64,000 nt of DNA from assembly GCA_001179505.1 (NCBI GenBank), contig CDMY01000373.1:1-64000 (forward strand), in the 5' to 3' direction. Numbering within the stretch: position 1 is the stretch's first letter; each line of letters starts with the position of its first letter. This document shows, one piece after another, positions 62,069-64,000 of this stretch. This stretch comes from Vitrella brassicaformis CCMP3155. Its lineage: Eukaryota; Protista; Chromerida. Position numbers and translations under genes: made by a program. The notes under the pieces are model-generated. The model saw only the letters and a list, made by a program, of their open reading frames with translations. It was not told the DNA's origin and made no database searches.

Positions 62069-63746
62069 TTCAGGACGAGGGAGGCCAAGCGACGGAGGAG
62101 AGGCTCATCCCCCTCTCTTTCCAGCAGCTGCAGAAGCAGCACCTGGGCCGGACGGAGATCGGGCAACTCGACGACGCCCAGTCAGCAGACTCAGACTGCC
62201 TCGATGAACACCTTAATGTTGTTTGGCTGTGCTTTGGCTGTGTTCAGGGTGCTGTTGAAGCTGCGAGGCCGCCCAGAGGGGATTCAGACGGCGAAAGCCG
62301 TCCTGGATTTGATGCTGGTAGGGCTACAAGACGGCAAGAAAGCATGCTCACGCTCTGGATGTCTCCTCTTTGTGTGTGGGTTGTTCGTTCGTTTGACTTT
62401 TGGTCAGGACCGCGCCTTTGACACCATCAGCCCTCCGGTCAGTCCGTCCGCATACTCTTCGTGTGTGAAGAGGGCATCCATATGATACATCTGTGCGTTA
62501 TCCTCGCGCAGAAGACGATCGAGTTCCCGACGAGCCGTGTGGCGGTGTTGAAGCTGACGAACGTGTCTGTCGGCTACCTGGCATACAAGATCAAGACGAC
62601 TGCCCCACGCAGGTACGCACACACGCACACACAACCATGCAAGGCAACAGCGGTGTGGTGGATGCAGTGCAGTGCACGTGGTTGGTGTGGTGGATGCAGT
62701 GCAGTGCAGTGCACACGTGGTGTGTGTCATTCATGCAGCTACCTGGTGCGGCCGAGCTCGGGTGTCATCAGCCCCCGGGGCGATGCCATCGTCGAGATCA
62801 TCATGCAACCCAAGGCCACAGGTGAGCACACACACACACCACTCACATACACCACAACCAGCACACGCGTATGTGCCCCTTTGTGCGTCTGTCCGTTGTG
62901 CAGCTGAGGGCGGTCTCCCCACCAACGACCGGTTTCTGGTCCAGGTGACCCCCACGACGAGCAGCCAGACGCCTGCCCGCGACCTGTGCTCCACCACCGC
63001 CAAGGAGCACATCCAGGACCACCGACTCAATGTCGTCGTCAAGGACACAGCCGGCACCTCAAGGGAGGCCACGCCAAGCGCCATGCAGCCGCCGCAGCCC
63101 ACCGAGCAGCCGCCGCAGCCAACCGAGACGACTAGCACGTTGGCTCTTGAAAGTCTGGTGGTTGCCTGTATGCTCACATGAGGTGTCCTCTGGTTATCTG
63201 TATTCCATATGCAGCTTCTGGAGCTGGCTCGGACGATTCTGCTGCTGCGGACCACGAAAACCAGAGCCGGTATGCAAGATGCATGATGGTGTGGATGCAT
63301 CTCTCTCTCTATGCATGTGGACACATACATCTGTATGCACAGCGCGCACCGGCCCACAACAGCCCAATCGGAGAAGACGCAGCGGACGCGGCCACGGAGA
63401 CACACCTCCTTTCGTCACGGCAGAGACATGCGGACCACGAGATGATTCAGCGTGCGTTGAAGAACAACCTGGTAGTCAGCAGCCTGCACGAGAGCGGTTG
63501 CGGTCACGGAGACACATCTGTTTTCGCGACGGCAGAGAGTTGCAGAGTGCAGGTGGGGGCGGTGTGTCTCTATTTATGTGTGTGTGTGTCCCAGGGCCTC
63601 GGCCAATGTTATCGTTGCCTGCATTTTATATTCGACATGTCCGTGTCGTCTCATATCTGACCAGTGCACTCTGCTCATTCATCGATCAAAGACTAATATT
63701 AATGCTTGCCTTCTCGTACGGTCCTCTTAGCGAATTAATGGCGTGA
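62069..63746 (+). CDS. Least-damaged KH-like + MSP/VAP-like copy; lacks a recognisable first exon and may be a pseudogene
   Basis: In-frame splice path: DEGGQATEERLIPLSFQQLQKQHLGRTEIGQLDDAQ|VLLKLRGRPEGIQTAKAVLDLML|DRAFDTISPP|KTIEFP...LKLTNVSVGYLAYKIKTTAPR|SYLVRPSSGVISP...|NDRFLVQV...|LLELARTILLLR|... Confidence 0.55.
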
Positions 63747-64000
63747 GCGGCACGGCACTCACCCACACCACACAAACACAAACCCTGCCTGTGCAACTCA
63801 TATACATATGCATGAGACAGCCTGTCTGCGGGTCTGTGCAATTCATACATTGGAGACAGCAAATTATATGCTGGCAGACATATAAGACATCAACGTGTCC
63901 TGACGCAAATTGCTGAATTGACCGAGGAATGATGAATGAGGATGAGCCCTCACTCTCAATGTTTGATGGTGGATTCATTGATTCACTCATTCAATCACTC

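Noticed and set aside
63381-63545. Degenerate repeat encoding SG(R/C)GHGDT..F.TAE.C, superficially like the metacaspase SGHG motif
   Set aside because: The context does not match a caspase fold, and the second copy lies in a predicted intron in another frame.
56900-63750. CRISPR array or autonomous transposon as an explanation for the repeats
   Set aside because: The repeats are long, irregular exon/intron copies with no constant repeat-spacer period, and no transposase, RT or Rep/helicase ORF is present.

Overview
Intron-rich eukaryotic DNA: short GT-AG introns full of (GT)n/(CT)n/(CATC)n microsatellites, bipartite plastid-targeting leaders and apicomplexan-like enzymes. The inferred source is a chromerid alveolate such as Vitrella brassicaformis; this is not proven. 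All gene models were spliced by hand, and most six-frame ORFs are exon fragments or antisense shadows. In order along the window: a frameshifted, truncated BTB paralog; a bacterial-type secreted TPR protein; a secreted three-repeat precursor punctuated by R-x-L motifs; an animal-type membrane-anchored UDP-glycosyltransferase; a BTB-BTB-FKBP fusion gene; spermidine synthase / Tic22 (head-to-head); an ankyrin-TRP channel; a Cys-rich multi-TM receptor-like gene / plastid CobW GTPase (head-to-head, 102 bp apart); a ~11 kb MATH + degenerate-USP (USP7-like) gene spanning a 300-N gap; a heat-shock factor; an N-acylated F-box/LRR gene / plastid DedA (head-to-head); a second BTB-BTB-FKBP gene / plastid DUF179 (head-to-head); and a final ~7 kb array of rearranged metacaspase, PKG, KH-like and MSP/VAP fragments. 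The best candidate for an undescribed system is the secreted RxL-delimited polyprotein at 4308-5504. Next are the BTB-BTB-FKBP family, the gene-fragment mosaic and the USP7-like pseudoenzyme. No rRNA, tRNA or CRISPR array was recognised.
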